A stretch of 64,000 nt of DNA from Marsupella aquatica (GCA_973895155.1 OZ316892.1:14004861-14068860); one strand, 5' to 3'. Positions 37,701 to 55,195 are shown, counted from the stretch's first letter. Made by a program: numbers and translations. Notes: generated by a model not told the origin, from the letters alone.

Positions 37701-38381
37701 CCATGATACATTGATACTGCATCCCGAACTTTTGCACCGTTCTCCGATTAGAGTTCATCGACAAGCGTGCACAGCATTATTTTCACGTTGAACTTCATTC
37801 AGTAGAATTCTAGCACATAAAGATTACCTAACAACTACAGTACTTGGTTCAATACCCCTTCCCACTAGCTACCTACCTAGCGCTCCCTTTCGCGAGTTTC
37901 AGCTAGTTAATAGTCTTGACTTTGTACTAGCCTACCAAAACTCCACACAGTCATATATCCTTCGATCCAACGTTACCCTTACTTAAAATTAGTGTTCAAT
38001 TCATTCAATTTGTACAGCTACTGTGGCTCTAACTTTAATCTGACGTCAAACGTTGATGTATAGGTCCGCCTGGTGTGGTAGTATCGTCCTAACTGTACGT
38101 GCACCGCAACTTGAGATTCTGGTCGATGGGACGATGTCCCCAGCAAATAGGCGGGATCCATCGCACGTAAGAATACCTCGCTTCTCTGATTCCTGCTCTC
38201 GAGAGTTCAACTTTACATCTTTACTATCTAGAGCTCCATTCTCCTCGTAATTACCCAACGGTCCTCTCGACCTCCTCACTAAATCTAGTGCCAATCCTCC
38301 ATACGCATTCCGGTCAGAATATCGATGCAAACTTGCTTTAAATTCTAAACAGTCTCTCTCGACAGAACGGAGATCACTAAG

Positions 38382-40693
<2,312 letters not shown>

Positions 40694-43562
40694 CTAGGAG
40701 GCCGCCGCGTATGTGGATGCTGAAGAGAGCCGCGCAGTGCAAGCAGAACGAGAAGCCTCGAACTCGTCCTCGCACTGCAGCGCGCAAGCAGTGCTGACGC
40801 TAGCCAGGGAGATCGATCGCCACGATGGGAAGGTCAGGAGTACTCCCGATGAGCAGGATTGCAAGAGTCCTCTCTGGGTCCCCTCTGCAGGACAATACGA
40901 ACGAACGAGCGAGGAGAGAGAGTTAGAGAGTCGGAAGGACTGGATTGTGATGGGAGGAGAACCGGAGAGGGAGTGAGACAGCAGACGGTTAAAACTGCCG
41001 GGAAGCAGAGCGAGAGTTGAAAAAGCAAGCAGCTTCTCCTTTCCTACATTCTTATCGAAAGATTCCAGTCATATTTGCACCCGTTTTAATCTACACTCAT
41101 GTACAGCTGAAACTGCCCATCTGAAGCGCGAAGACTTCTCAAGTCTTCCGCCCCGTGTTGTCTTCGTTCATATCTCCACGATTCCAAGTATTTCGGTTTG
41201 ACAAGTTCGTACGTGTACTCTCAATAGACAGTTTACGTACAGGTATGGAACATTATGGAACACCGTTGGTTCCAGCATCAATTAGCTAGGCTCTTGCAAG
41301 CACTTGGCTTTGCCTGATCTGCATTCGTAACACCCGTCTCCTCAACCGTCCGCTTTCCCGTGACACCTCCGTGGCCGATGATGTTACACAGTAAGCCCAA
41401 GATTGCTTCGTTCTCGTCTTCACATTGTTTGGGATTCTCGACAACATATTAGCAGTATTCTGCACACTTCCCTAAAATGGTGAATTTTGATGTGGACAAT
41501 TCTTGAGCACTAGAATTTCGACAGACAACAATTCCTGCAAGGAAAGGTTTTGATCGAGGTGGTCGAATTTCAAAACCTTTCCTTGACATGTAGTGTTAAA
41601 GTTAGGACTGACGCACGGGCTGGCGCATTCAACGAAGGTTGGTTTTAATAAAGATTCAAACAGTTGAGTTTCAAAGCACACAGACTGAAGAATCGTAAGT
41701 TTCTATGGTTGAGCAGGTTTCCACTTTCGAAATCCTTGTTATTCGTGCACAGACAGCACAGGCAGCGCTGTAAATTACCGGCAACCTGAACTAAATTCAT
41801 AAAATTATTACCGGCCTCGATTGAATTTTGCATGCAACACATTGCGCGCGCAAAATCTAAACGGCCTTCTAGTTAGCTCGGTCGTCGTACTGCTGAATCC
41901 AACACGAATACTTTGAACGTAGCTTCCCTGTTTTCAATTTAAACCTCAGAAACAGTCGGCCCGTGTTGAACATATAAACCTCTAGACCCTGTCATCGAGT
42001 TCAGTGCAGGCCCTATCTTCCATCATTTGAAGGTGGAGTTAATAGAAAGCGTCCGAGCATATATATATATATGGAGTCAGCGATCAAGATTTGAGCAGAA
42101 TCTAAAACATTATATATTACCACTCAAAATTGGAACTTCTAGAAAATAATGACTCCCAAATTCCTTCATGCCATATATTGTTCGAATTCTCCAAACAGTG
42201 GATGGGTTTTAGTTTAAAATGCAAAACAGTGGGTTGTTGAATGTCGCGAGTTGCTCTACTGATCACGAGCGACTTGCAAGCTCAACTTACTCGCCAATTA
42301 TTACTGATTTTCGCGAGCGAAAACCTCGGTGAAGGTTGTGAACAAGGGAGTTGTGTTCATCCTGCTTGAATTCACCGACTACTGACCCAGGTGCCCTAAG
42401 AATGAAAGGGTCTTTAGAATGAAACATGCGTCGAATTAGGAAGGGCATGAATCATTTTGGTATTTGTATAATTTACGGAGGATGGGTACTGTAACTTCCC
42501 TCTCGAGGTTAGTTTTAGGGAACAATCTGCAGTTTAGGGAGCCTGGTAGGCCTCCGTTTTTGGCCCCTTCCTAATCTCCTTCGACCCCGTAAGCGAGCAC
42601 AAGTGAAGAAGCCCTAAGGTTATTTCTTCTCTAACACATTTCCTCACAACCTTTCGACATTCGTGATCGACGTGCGGAGTGCCTCAGAGGCTCTGGGTTA
42701 GGCTCTGGGTTTTTCTCGATATGTCGAAACGAATCAGTAAACCTGGTGCATAAACATGGCCTGAGCGATTGTACAGCAATAATTGTTTGTGTCTGTTCGG
42801 ACGGTGACCTTCCGGCATTATTAGGATTTTTAAGCCCACTTGGCTCCTGAGCCTCGGCCTTAAGTTTCATTACTAGTTAACAGATAAATCATTATTGTCC
42901 TCTGGTACTGGAGAAAATATATAAACTGAAGATTTTTGGCGAATTCGTTTCAATCCTCTCGCAATTCATCAAAATTTGGTCAATCTATATTCACAATTGA
43001 ATCTCTTGCCAGGTCGATGGACTCAAATATATGGCTGTTTGCATTCTGTGGTAGACAGATACTGTTTACAAGAAGCCATTGTCGCCCTACTTAAGGCGCA
43101 TTTGTGCACACACTCGGGATGTCTTGTGTACACCTGTCCAAGAACTCAATTCAAGGTGTTAATGAAGGAATCACTTGAGGAGCTACGTAATTGTAAGAGG
43201 TACTGGTTAGCCTTGGCTGCATGACTATCTATCGACATATAGGGTTGAATTTGAAAGGTACGACTATGATACGAGTTTTTTACTTCGGTTTGTGTTTGAC
43301 TTCTTCATGAAAAATAGACTCTGTTTCTGGGCTTTCCTCTAAGTTGACATCCTCTTTCTCATTGGGGCGATTCACACAATAGTTTTCGAACAATCCCCCT
43401 AGCTAGCTTGGGGCCGAAGAGAAACTGCTCAGTAGAACTAGAAAGCTGATGCGTTTATGGAACATAATTGCACTAACTGATCCAGCTTATCCATTTTCTT
43501 TCAAGCGGAATTCACGCGGTTGGGATGTTCATCTATGTATGCTAATCATAAAAATAATACCT

Positions 43563-46500
43563 TCAAATTTTCACTCGATTATTGTACTTGAAGTAGAAAG
43601 CCGTCAAAAGGGCCTTTGATTCACCCAAGATGAACACAGCACACATCACACGCTGTGTTCTGGGAATAAAACCAGAGTAAAGACTCTTGAATCCACCCTC
43701 CGCAATGATAGCTTGGAAAGTTGACTTCATCTTTCTGTACTGCAATTGAACGAAGATACCTCAGTTATGATTTATTAAATAAATAGGTTGAGATGTTCCT
43801 GAATTGATTTGCAAGTTGTCTTTTAGGCCCATAGTGTAAAGTAGTAGATAGGAGGCCGCAAATTAATTCTCGGCTAAAGAAATCTAGATCTAGCTTCGAA
43901 ATGCACAGCTGTGTTAGCAATCTAAACTTCAGAATCAAGACAGGACTCCCTAGCGTGGTACTTTCAGTCACCCTCATAAGAACTTACCTGAAATGTAGAA
44001 GATCCAAATTTGCTTGCATCCGTGTCTTGATGGTATCAAGAGGTTGGGTGATCAAAGCCGCAGCTGTTCCAGACACAAGCGCAGCAAGAAGCATGGCTAA
44101 CATTGCTTTGTGTGAAAGATAGGACCCAACCATCAACCTCTCTTGGAGGAGAGGGCTCACCCCCAAATATGTGGCAGTGTATATGGATTCTCGTACCACA
44201 GTGGGTACCTGAGCAAAGACCGTGAGCACCACAATCATATGAAAGAGGACAAATGATATTCCGGGGAATGACTCGATATTCATCCAACACAGGCGAATCT
44301 TGTTGCCATGAAGACTTGTAGCATAGCATGCGTTCTTCTTCATGGAAAATAACATGGACTCAAAAGGCTTATCATGATCTTGAATAGATGCCGCAATCTC
44401 AATTTATAACTCTGAACACAGAAATAACAAATAGGTAATTACCTTTTAAAAGCATTGCCATTTAAATGTCAACACAAAACTCTGACATTCTATCCAACAA
44501 ATTAATGTCTTAATTTTCTTTTTCTTTCATAACTTCTTGCTAACAAATAGCATGCAACTGTACTTGGGATTCGGGACTTATTGAACACAAGGAACTGTTA
44601 CTGACGGCCGAAAAGTAGACTATGGAAGCCCAACTTTATCTTCTGAAGACACATTACATGTCCCGAATCAGATTCTCATCGATCTGGTGGATGAACAGGT
44701 TCATTAAAATATCGTATAGCCCGTGAGAACGATGGTCTTGAGTACGTTTCAGAACCAGCCTGAAATTTGGCGGTTTACTTTTGACATAGTAAATTACACC
44801 TAGTGTCCAAGAGCCACTTTTGAAAATTTCACAGCGACATATAAACATCTAGTCTCCCTTTGCTAAGCATTCTTTGCATCCACCGAAAGAAACGTAACAG
44901 TCGAGTCTACTGAAGTTTTGAACAAAGCCAGAGTGGATCAATCTTGTCAGGCAAGAAAGCTAGGCAAGTTTGTTCCATTCAGAATTTTCTTTATCACGCT
45001 CTACCTTGCATAAGTAATTTCTCGATCAGTATCCACTTCCACTTAGATTCCCAGAGCCGAAAATGGTGGAAGCATACAACCGTGCAAAATAGACTTGGAC
45101 TCATACCAAGCCCCGTGTGAGAGCTAGCCATCCGTGTTCAGTTTTCACTTTTTTGAGCTGTTCGAACAGAGAAGACCCCGTTTTTTGTTGTTGAATCATA
45201 AGTAGCTCAGCTGGACCAGACACCATGGATGACACAACTCCTGCTGTTGCCGCAAAACCTGCTCGTTGTGCAGAATTCAGGGGACCTGTAGATCACAAAT
45301 CTTTGATAGTTAACTTGGTAGCATTCTACACAGTTTAGCTTTTTGGAAAATGATCGAGTCTACAAAAACAATTGGTTCCTGCAAATTGGTCTAGTAATAA
45401 AAAAATTCAGTTTTTGTGAAAACTCAATATGAACTAACATGTCACTGATGATTGCTAATTCACATCTGCAAACTTGCTTACATTAAAAAATTTACTTATG
45501 CATGGGGCTTCGAACAGGGGTACGTTTCCAAGCTATTTGAAGCTCATGAAGAGTCACTACTGTAAATCGCTGTTTGCAAGACTGCTTGCAGTCTGATTGC
45601 CTATCTCACATGCTTTTCCTGTTTTTCTAATTTGAAAGTACTATCTCGTTCATAACCAATTTGAGATGAGGATGCAGCTGGATGTAGCAATATGACTAGA
45701 ATGCCTTTTTTTCGTTGATCGTCATCATTGACCCAGTTCCACAAACAATTAAAGATATGCAACTTCGGTGGATTTGTATCTCTCAGCTACTGCAGACTAT
45801 ATGAAATGACGTCTTTCTTAACGATCTGCGCAGTTGCAGATCATTCTTGATTGCAAAACACTAAGTTCAGAAATTTAATCTTTCTATTTAGACCAATTCA
45901 TCGATTTCGTTCTACCATATGTCCCGCGATATGTGTGCATCATCGATGTCTTCAATATATTTGAAAAGAAGGAAAGCCTGGTTCTAGTCCATCCTCTCTC
46001 CTACCTTGTAACGTTCTTTATATTACATGAGACAATCCCTAAAAAACTACTATTTAAGTGTGCCAAGGAAATCAAAGGAGTCCATCTCGTTTATTAAGAG
46101 TATTGCCTTTCACGCTTCTCTCCAATATGTCGTTCACGGCAAATTGCAGGGCACATATTGGGGCCATGCTTGTTGCATTGACCAGCACTCCCCGATAGAG
46201 CACTCGAGGATTCCATGAGATTGGTTGCTTGTCCTGCAAGAAAGGACTACTATGTGAAGTCAATTTGTACTAAATTGAAGATTTCATGAACTAATTTCAA
46301 GATGAAACGAAGAGTTCTCAAAGCATTAAATTTTAGGGTTCTGTTTTCCGTCGCCAAATGTGATCACGATTTTGTTTCAGAAGTACTCTTACCCTTAACT
46401 TCAATTGAGTAAGACTATGGATACAATTAGATCAATTGCACATGATGTTCGAACCTGGATAGCGTTCTTAATGGTTACAGATGGTTGTTGCAGCAAAACT

Positions 46501-46580
46501 TCTATTACACCACAAAGCGCGCCGATAGTAGCTGATTCTAGTGGTCCTAGTACTCGTTGTGGTGCGACTGTTGTTGCCAT
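43563..46580 (-). CDS. Mitochondrial carrier family (SLC25) protein, ~274 aa, 5 exons
   Basis: Exons 46580-46455, 46233-46107, 45285-45107, 44208-43988, 43734-43563 total 825 nt in frame. Three carrier repeats: PSVTIKNAIQ...LYRG, PAELLMIQQQ...LTRGL, PLDTIKTRMQ...EGGFKSLYSGFIPR. Confidence 0.85.
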
Positions 46581-49500
46581 AGCATAGGCTAATGGCCTCA
46601 AGAGGGAGGCTGATGTTCGGAAAACTAGCTGCCCCTACACGTACGAATATCCCACGGCGAACGCGATTAAATATTTCGACGATTGAGAAGATACGTATTT
46701 TCAAAGCACATTAAGCGATAGTTGTATCTAGAACGATAATTGAAGCGAAAAATGCACGGAAGGTACTGAGGAGATTTACAATCAGTAGGTTACAACGAGG
46801 CGAATCATGCTCGTCTTGAAAGTTAGCAATCCAAAGCTCTTAAACTCCGCATGTTCATAATAAATTCAATGTTTTGTATACGGCGAACTGAAGGGTGTCA
46901 ATTATCACGTGAAAGGGTGTGCCTCTTCAAACGAATGAATTTCATGTTTTCCTGATGCAGATCTATGCGATAGTCAATAATGCTAACACAGTTGTTTGTC
47001 TTAGTTCTTAAAGCCCAGATGGTTGCTTACAGTATTTTAACGACAAGATGACAATTTAGTCTCACGTAGGCTGGGATGTTGCTAAAACGAGAGTGCCCGC
47101 AAACTGATCTATACTGAGAAGGGATCAAGTGAGCGTGGTACTGACGAAGGTACTCGATCATCATAATGTAGAACTTCTGTGCTCGGGGTGCCTTTTCGTG
47201 TCAAAGACAGCCCGCTTGCCAAGAGCCCTGACTGCGTGAGCATCAGTGTCAAATGTGGCATCTGGCACGCCTGAGCCTACAAGCTTTCCTTTTGAATTCA
47301 GGGAACACTGTGAGTCACCCTGCTGTAAGTCCACTTGTAGAAGCCTCTCAGACTGCCCGTCGACGATAAATATCCTCCACGTCCATGTTTTGGGAGGGAG
47401 ATGCATCATATGATCGCTATTCGTCAGTGCTGACTGAGTAACGGATCATGATGATGAATTTGCACAATCTCGATCATGATGAAGATCTTCTAACCAACGT
47501 AAATAGCCAACGACAATTCGGTTAATTGATGTATGCTCTGCATCGACTGAGAAACATATGTCATTGAGGAATACAGGTAGCCGTCGCTTGATGTATAGTT
47601 TACTCAAGCTTTAGCATTCAAGTACGTCGACTCTGAGTTCTGCCAGTGTTTTAATCAAGGCACATATATAACAGGCAATAGAACAACGCTGCATTATCAT
47701 CTCCTGCACATTGCCTCTCATGTCTTCACTCGGATGAATAATATAGTACTCAGCTTCTGTAGCCTGTATCAAAACTCACTCTGATTTTGTAGGAGTGACA
47801 GTAACTACATTGTGATATAAGTGCAGCACAACCTGTAGCCACAAACAGATCCACTGGATCAGAAGCGTTAAATAATTTCGAGAGAATTGGAGTTGTACAA
47901 AAGTTAATTTCGAGAGAATTGGAGTTGTACAAAAGTAGACCCTCGTACTCGGAAGCTCATGTTACACTGATCTAATTATCGAAGTTCCGAGCCAACTTCA
48001 AGTTAATTCAAGAAGATGCTAAATTGCGTCCCGTGGTGGGAATTCGGGGAAAGACCAGCCTCTTGAAAGCACTGTTTCTGCAATACGTGGTGATGCCTTG
48101 CATGCAGCTAAGTTACTCTCTAAGTGAGTCCTAAATGCTGTATAATTCCCGGGTTAATTACATCAGAACAACGCATGATTGTTACTGGACATCGATATAG
48201 CACCGATGAGTGCAGCTAGCGCACTCTCTATATGCGTCTCTTGCTGAAGGTCACATACAACAGACCAATTATGCAACGCTCGGATGATTGGTACTTGCTG
48301 AGACATAAAGTGTTTCCATTAGAAACTATCCAGGCAGCTCATCAAGTAAATAATCGATTTGGCTAGCAATTTCTGCAAACTAATAAATTATATATCACCG
48401 ATTCGTGTACACATGATATCATCCCCCACCCAAATTTGATTCCTGGCGAGATTCCCATGGCTCATTACCGGGAAACTTCATTCACGTTTTTAACCTGTCT
48501 GGATCGGAGTCTCAATTTCAACGTGACGGTACGTTATCTACGGCCAGATTCGGATATATATATGATTGAACGTACCAAACTTGAAAAGATTCGAAGGTAG
48601 CATGGCAAGATCAGCGGGCATTGACTAATTCTCAAGCAAGACTAATTGTGTGAGACATGTTATATCAATTTGATTAGTTTCTGAATATTGGAGTCGAGCA
48701 ATCGATCTGAAGGTCTAAAGGTCTTATATAGCTTACTAAATAATATAATCAATTTGTTAAAGTAGTTTGCAAACAAGCTAGGAAAGTGCATTTTATGGGC
48801 CCTACCCGAAGTAGATGACCGTCACGGGAGTTCACCATCGAGTTGAGAGTAACTAACTCCAAGTAACGACTTTTTAGTTATTTTGAACAAGAGGGAGAAC
48901 CCGAGTAAGAAACCTGAAACTAATCTCCCTAGACTAAACCAGAAATTACTCCCCAATCCTCTACAAGTAGATCTGAAATCGAAATGCTTGAATGTACGTA
49001 CGTATATATGATCTCGACTTCTCTCTGAATTCTGATTTCAGGTTTGGCCTTTCATGCCACTCAGCTGTTGGACACGAGAGGGAATTGAATTGGAGTCTGG
49101 AAACGACTCGCCATGGAAAGAACACGAGGATCGATCTGGACCGCAACGAAATCTGGAAAGCCATCCATCCGTCAATATATTCTGGAAAGGAATCACTGTC
49201 GAGGTTAAGGTACTGACTGATGATTGAATGCGTGCTTTGTTGCACAGAGGGGAGCAGAACTGGAGAAGAGTCCTGTGAATTCGCTGCTCTCTGACGCATG
49301 CTTTGTTAGGCTTGCAGCATAGCATTCACCTTTGCGCTGCTACTGTAGGTGGGCTTGCAATGTCCACTGGCTAATTAACAGCATTCAACTTGCGGTGCTA
49401 CAGAGCGTGGATCTACCTTTACGGTGCCTGTTGGGATTGCAACACAGGGATCATTCGTTTTTGTTACAAACCCTTCAATCATGATGATGTAATATATATT

Positions 49501-50404
49501 ATATAGATCATGATGATTGTGCAGCCATTTGCCATTTCCTGCCCTGCTGAGACGGCATAATTATATGCAACTTACATACAGTGCTAGTCTTCACCTTTCT
49601 TCCACTTGCAGTAAAGTGAGTGATCCCCCTTTAGAAGTACACTCGCTTTGGATTTTTTGGGAAAATGTGTCCAAATCTTGCATCATATTTTTATATATTT
49701 ACATTACAAGTAATTACTTGGATTCTGAAGCTAGAATGGACCTCCACTTTGTCTATGAAGCCTAGATGTACCCGGGTAAGCTTTGATGGATTTGCTCAGA
49801 ACATTTAAAGTGACTCAAATAACATTGTTTACACTTCCAAATGTGACCTGTAGAGGGTCTCCTTATTCTTTGGAGCCTTTTTCAATCACATTACCTAGTA
49901 GGTTTCCTCAGGAACTTGCCGACGTACTTGACCTTTAACCTGAAAGAAGTCAAGACATCATGCCATCACTTGTTATCACCATGACATCTTGACTACTTTC
50001 TCCCTGGCCAAGGTAGTCAAGTCTTTGCCTGCTATCCTAAACAAGTTCCTTTTTCTTTTCGGTGTCAATTAAGCAACGATCACTCTGCACAGTTCATGGG
50101 GATAGGCAGGGACAATATCTCGGTCCATAGATCCAGGCTTTTGTTTCAATTACTCGGGGTAGACTTATATTGATCAGTAGCCTGAATACCAGTTCCTTGA
50201 ATGTTAATAGAGACAGTAACTACTTGCATGTAACTATGATTACGGGTCCCTTGAACTTAATCAATGAAGGTGAGGAAAGGAGACGAGAAAACCTTGCATA
50301 CAAAAGGATTTCCCCTTATTTTCTTTTCATATTTGCCCCATTCTTGGTTTTAAGCTCACTTTCTCAATTTCAGTTGTGCCCTCACTTAATTAAGGTTATA
50401 ATGT

Positions 50405-50649
50405 TCTAGAGGTTTCACTCTAGAGAGCAGGGCTCGCCTAGAAAGTAGACCATCATGCGTTTAGGGTTATGGTTTGACTAGAGGTTTCACTCTGACTAGC
50501 TAGACAGTACTTTGGGTTATGGTTGCGCACTAATTAGGGTTATGGTCTAGAGGTTTCACTCTCTACATTACTTAGTTAGGGTTATGGCTTCTAGAGGTTT
50601 TACTCTAGACATTACTTAGGGTTATGGTCTAGAAGTTTCACTCTAGACA
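50405..50649. repeat. Tandem array of TTAGGGTTATGG + hairpin TCTAGAG-GTTTCA-CTCTAGA (5 degenerate copies)
   Basis: Hairpin copies at ~50405, 50478, 50546, 50590 and 50628; related copies at ~8784, 36061 and 51026. Confidence 0.8.
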
Positions 50650-53600
50650 CTAGGCCTATGAAGTAGCATGCCATCGCGCTTTAGTAGATAGATTTTTATT
50701 TTCGTGCTGACATATCTTTTAATACATTTCTTGACTAACATTTGCATGGACGTTTCCTAAAGAAAAGTGGATTTGAAGTGCATAATGAGCATTAATAGTT
50801 TTGGATCCATATCTATAGCATACTTAAATGATCACTTAGACCACTAATGACTGTCTTTCAAACCATCTGAGTGGGGTTGATAATCACCTCAGGTGGCCAG
50901 GGTTGACTTGTGACCATTTGGTCTTTAGTTCATATTTCCCTCTCGATGCCTTCTAATGTGTTTTGTTCCAACTTATTAACCAGTTTATAGATCTAACTAA
51001 AACTAAGCTACTCCATGGCCTACCGTCTAGAGTAAAGCCTCCCGACCGTAACTCTAAGGGACGGCATAACTGAAAGTGAGTGTGGAGGCGGGGGTGCAGG
51101 TAGTGATGGGGCCGAGCAAAGATGAATAGGAAACTAAGGGGAATCATTTTTCAGCAAGCTTTCTTCATAGCCTCACCTGATCTCATAAGTTCAAGGGACG
51201 CATAATCAGTCTAGTGGGTTCTATTGCCTGCTGTCTCTACTCGTGTATTGTGCCATGGGCACTTGTGGTACTTGCAAGCCAGTTGTGCAGATTCCCGTGC
51301 AGATTGCTCTAGTGTGCTTTCCCCTATCTTTAAAAAAAAACATTGAGTCCCACAAGATGAAAATTGGATATAAAGTTATTGAACACAAATGAGTATTCTT
51401 TGTCAACCCTTCACTCTCTAAACCTAATCATCCCATAGGCTATTTACAAAGTTTAAAAGTGTGAAACATACTCAACACCTCCCATGTTTGCCAACGGCTT
51501 TTGACAAATGGGGTGGCCAAAGGGATATGCTGGATTCTAGGGTACAAGGTACACGTGCTGGATGTACTATATGCAACGGTACTTTAACCTAATTGTACAT
51601 TTCTCCTGTTACATGGGAAAATGATAGATATTTGTGTGAGGGTAATACTTTTTGTACCCTGCATCTAATTGTACTTTACTCCTGGTGCATGGAAAACATG
51701 AGAGATTTTTGTCGTTTCGGTAAGGATCTTAGATTATGTTTGGATTGGTTTTTGGTTTTCATTTTTCTTTTGGGAGTGGGTCAAATTATGGGACCAAGGT
51801 GAATTTGCACAGTGAGTCACCTTCCTCCCACCTTGCCCGTTTTCTTGGTAGTGGAGTAAATTTTTCAGTTTCCCTTTGGGGGTCGGGGCCAAGGTGAATC
51901 CTCGGAGAGGATCCCTTCACCTTGTCCTCTTGATGGGGGGTAGGTCTATTTTTCCTTTCCCTTATTGGTGTTGGTGGGTGATTTAACTTCTCATGTTGCT
52001 TCTTCTTGACTTCCAACTTTACTTATTTTTGTCTCCTATCCAATTTATTTCCAGTATTTTATTTTTTGTTCAGAGTTTCATTTTTAATTTTAACTCTGCC
52101 CTAGCAAGGGTTTGCCCTGTTTGCAGGGCACTGGCACCCTACAATTTTGGGGGGCACAATCTTCTCTGTTAACCAGTATGCTGCACAAAGACAGCACCTT
52201 AAGTGCATCCAATTTTCATGTTTCTTTCCTTGTGAAAGATCAAAGGGAGGGAAAGAGGCAGGGAAAGGTAAAAAAAGGGGATGTAGGGGGAGGAAGGAAA
52301 AAAGAACATTGGGATGTTTAATCAAATTTGTTCTGTTTGTTGAGCATAGATGACAATCGTACATTACACATCCAACACGCAAGTTGTCGACACCATAGAT
52401 ATGTGGTTCACCTCCTCGAGGTTACGTTCACGGGAACACACAAGAGAGCTTTACTGAACTCTAAGCCTGTCAGCCATACCAAGTCTCCACAGTGTAAGCT
52501 CTCCTTGTCTCTCAAGTGGCTCGATCCATAACAATGAGCCTTAGTTCCACTTATCCGAGCAAACACCGTTTGGCATATAGTGTGCATCCTAGTTAACCTA
52601 ACCACGTCTCCAACTACGGTTAGCCTAAATACGGTTACATGTCATAATCTTAGACCTCGAGTAAATACCTAACATTGCTCAACACCTTCATCCGACCAGC
52701 CCTTACGTCTAAATTAGCCTTGCTCTGACTCTCGGGCCAACTCTTGCCATAGCTCTTGCCTCAACTCTCCTTGCCCCTGTACATCTCATATCCATTGCTT
52801 TTAACTTGCAATCATCCACACTATTTGACACCCAAATTTACACCTTCAGTTGCAAACCCCTCCACCAAATGATACGACTTACTTTTCACAATGACAAACT
52901 CTCCATAGTAACACAATTTATGTACCAAGTGCACATCCACATTGACAATCCAGTTGTGAAAACAATTGTGCAATGCATAGGCATTGCATTAGTACGTAGC
53001 ATTGTAAGTGCCAAAGTGTCCGAGTTCCCCAAATTATATTGTGTCCAAGTTCCCCAAATTATATTCTTCCCACCAACACTCAAATGAGTACATTATTTGT
53101 ATTGAATTTAGTGGAAAACTTATAAAAATCTTCTGGAAAAAATTAAGGTTTTTAGTTAATATTTTGAATTTTTAAGAAATTAAATATATATATATGTATT
53201 ATATAAAATAATTTTGGGAATCTTCTGATCTCCCTTCGAGTGAGACCGGGACTGAGACCCCAAGCCTAATTGTGTTCCCTATTGTTTGACTCCCCCTTTA
53301 CCACCGACCTTTACAAGTGTCCCCTTGACACAAGCAATTGAAAGCCCCATCCCTAGATCTAGCCAAAACTTTTCAGGCAAATCCAATCTCGGTCTAGAAT
53401 CCTAAGTGACCCAGCTTTCAATTTGTGTCTTATTAATAAGTTTTGTTGTAACTTTATCTATCTTTTAATGTCCTGGCTTGTAAGGCATCCTTCCTATTTT
53501 CTGGCTTTTGTTTTGTTTTTGCACCCCCCTAGCCTTGAAGAGCCATGAAAGGGATGGCTAGTTTTCATGGGGAATTATTATGAACCCCCCACAGGAAGTT

Positions 53601-55195
53601 CCTTCCAACATTCTTGGATGCACGTGTAGCCATATCAGTATGATTTTTGTCACAAACAAGAACAGTTAGTTATGCAAGAAGAACCAAATTTGACTATAAT
53701 AATTTGTGTTTGAGGCAAGACAAAAAAACAGTTAGACCCTATAAGTGTAAAAACAATGTAAAACTGAAAAGTAACATTTTCAAGTAAGCAAAGAAAAAAG
53801 GTTAAATAGGGGTCAAAGACAATAATCTTTGGATGAGTTGTGATTGATCTATCATTGTTTTGGTAATATGTTTTAATTTTATATTTAATTTACACATTTT
53901 TAAAATAATGACAAGTAGAAAGAAACTCATCAAGTACTCTAACCCCGACTCTAACATTTACCAAGTTAACATAAACAAAAATCCAAAACCTTTTCAACGT
54001 TTCTAACATTTACTGAGACATTTACCAAGGTAATTTAATTCTGATGGTTGTTAGAAATGTTTGGCTTGAAGTGTCACCAGATGATATCAAGGCTTGCATA
54101 TATAATAAGGTACAAAGGAGGTCTACTCAATTTACATCCTTGGTGAGACAAATTAAGGGTAATGCTTGAGCCAAGTGTGGAAAGTGAGCTCCAACAACCT
54201 TTGTGGGAGAACATGTATTAGTTTCCTCACAAACATTTTTTTCTGAAAGGGAAATCTGTGAAACCCCACAGCAAGGGAAGAGTCAGCCTCAAATAGTTGA
54301 GCCCAAGATCTATCAGTCTCTACTCAAGTGAGCTACCACAAAGTCATGCCTTTCTAGGCGTTTCCTCACAAGCATTAAAACAAGAGTCCCCAAAGTAATG
54401 AATATATTGAAAAAAAACTGATAATTAGCTCCGTGACAATGTTTTTGGTGGTAATACTAAACTTAATTAACCCACTCAAATGTTATGCAGACCAGTAGCC
54501 AGATGTGTTGGGACCATGTATGTAATCCGTTTTACAAGAATGAGATTTAGGGGGCAGGTTTAACGAGACTAAACATGATGTTAGAGTGTAGTTTATGTCA
54601 GACAACATGTGTAATTCATAGTGTGATAGAAGTGAGTCAATTGAAACCAATCTTTCCAACAAGCCCCAATTTGCATTTTTGGTTTAGTAATAAAGAGGTT
54701 ATCATTATGTATTCAATTTTTAGCTACACTACCACTAAAGATGTTCTTATTGATAAAAGCGGGTATAAAAGTGCCATTGTTTTTATTGTATATACAATAT
54801 GCCACGATTGTAGTATATTTGGGAGTATATTTCCACCTTGATTGCTTTGTTGAACTTGTCATCTTTATACAAAACTTGGGGGTCTCACTATATGGAGGCC
54901 TCTCCATCACTTGTAACATTTTTGGGTCTCAAACCCCCTAAAATGTAAGAAAAAATTAATTTTGTAACCCCTACAAAGTTTGAATTTCCAAAATTTTGAT
55001 TAAGAAGACCCTAATGTTCTTATAAGTCTCAAATTTGGATTTAAAAGACCTTATTATTCTTCTGAGAAAATTCTTAAGTATTTTCTTATAACCAATAAAA
55101 TGACCCTATCCTTTATCGTACGGGATGTGTTATTTTTGTGAAAGTGAAAGCCCCGAGATACAAAACCATTGCATATCTGTAAATACAAAGACTAA

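Noticed and set aside
47875-47935. Short perfect tandem duplication (also at ~15140-15250, ~17260-17320, ~33890, ~36475)
   Set aside because: Ordinary local slippage duplications with no further structure.
49040-49320. Exon-like segment ending VNIFWKGITVEVK, reminiscent of an ABCG N-terminus
   Set aside because: No Walker A or further exons follow; too short to support.
52330-53090. Possible decayed LINE 3' fragment on the minus strand
   Set aside because: Multiple stops and no clear RT or endonuclease motif.
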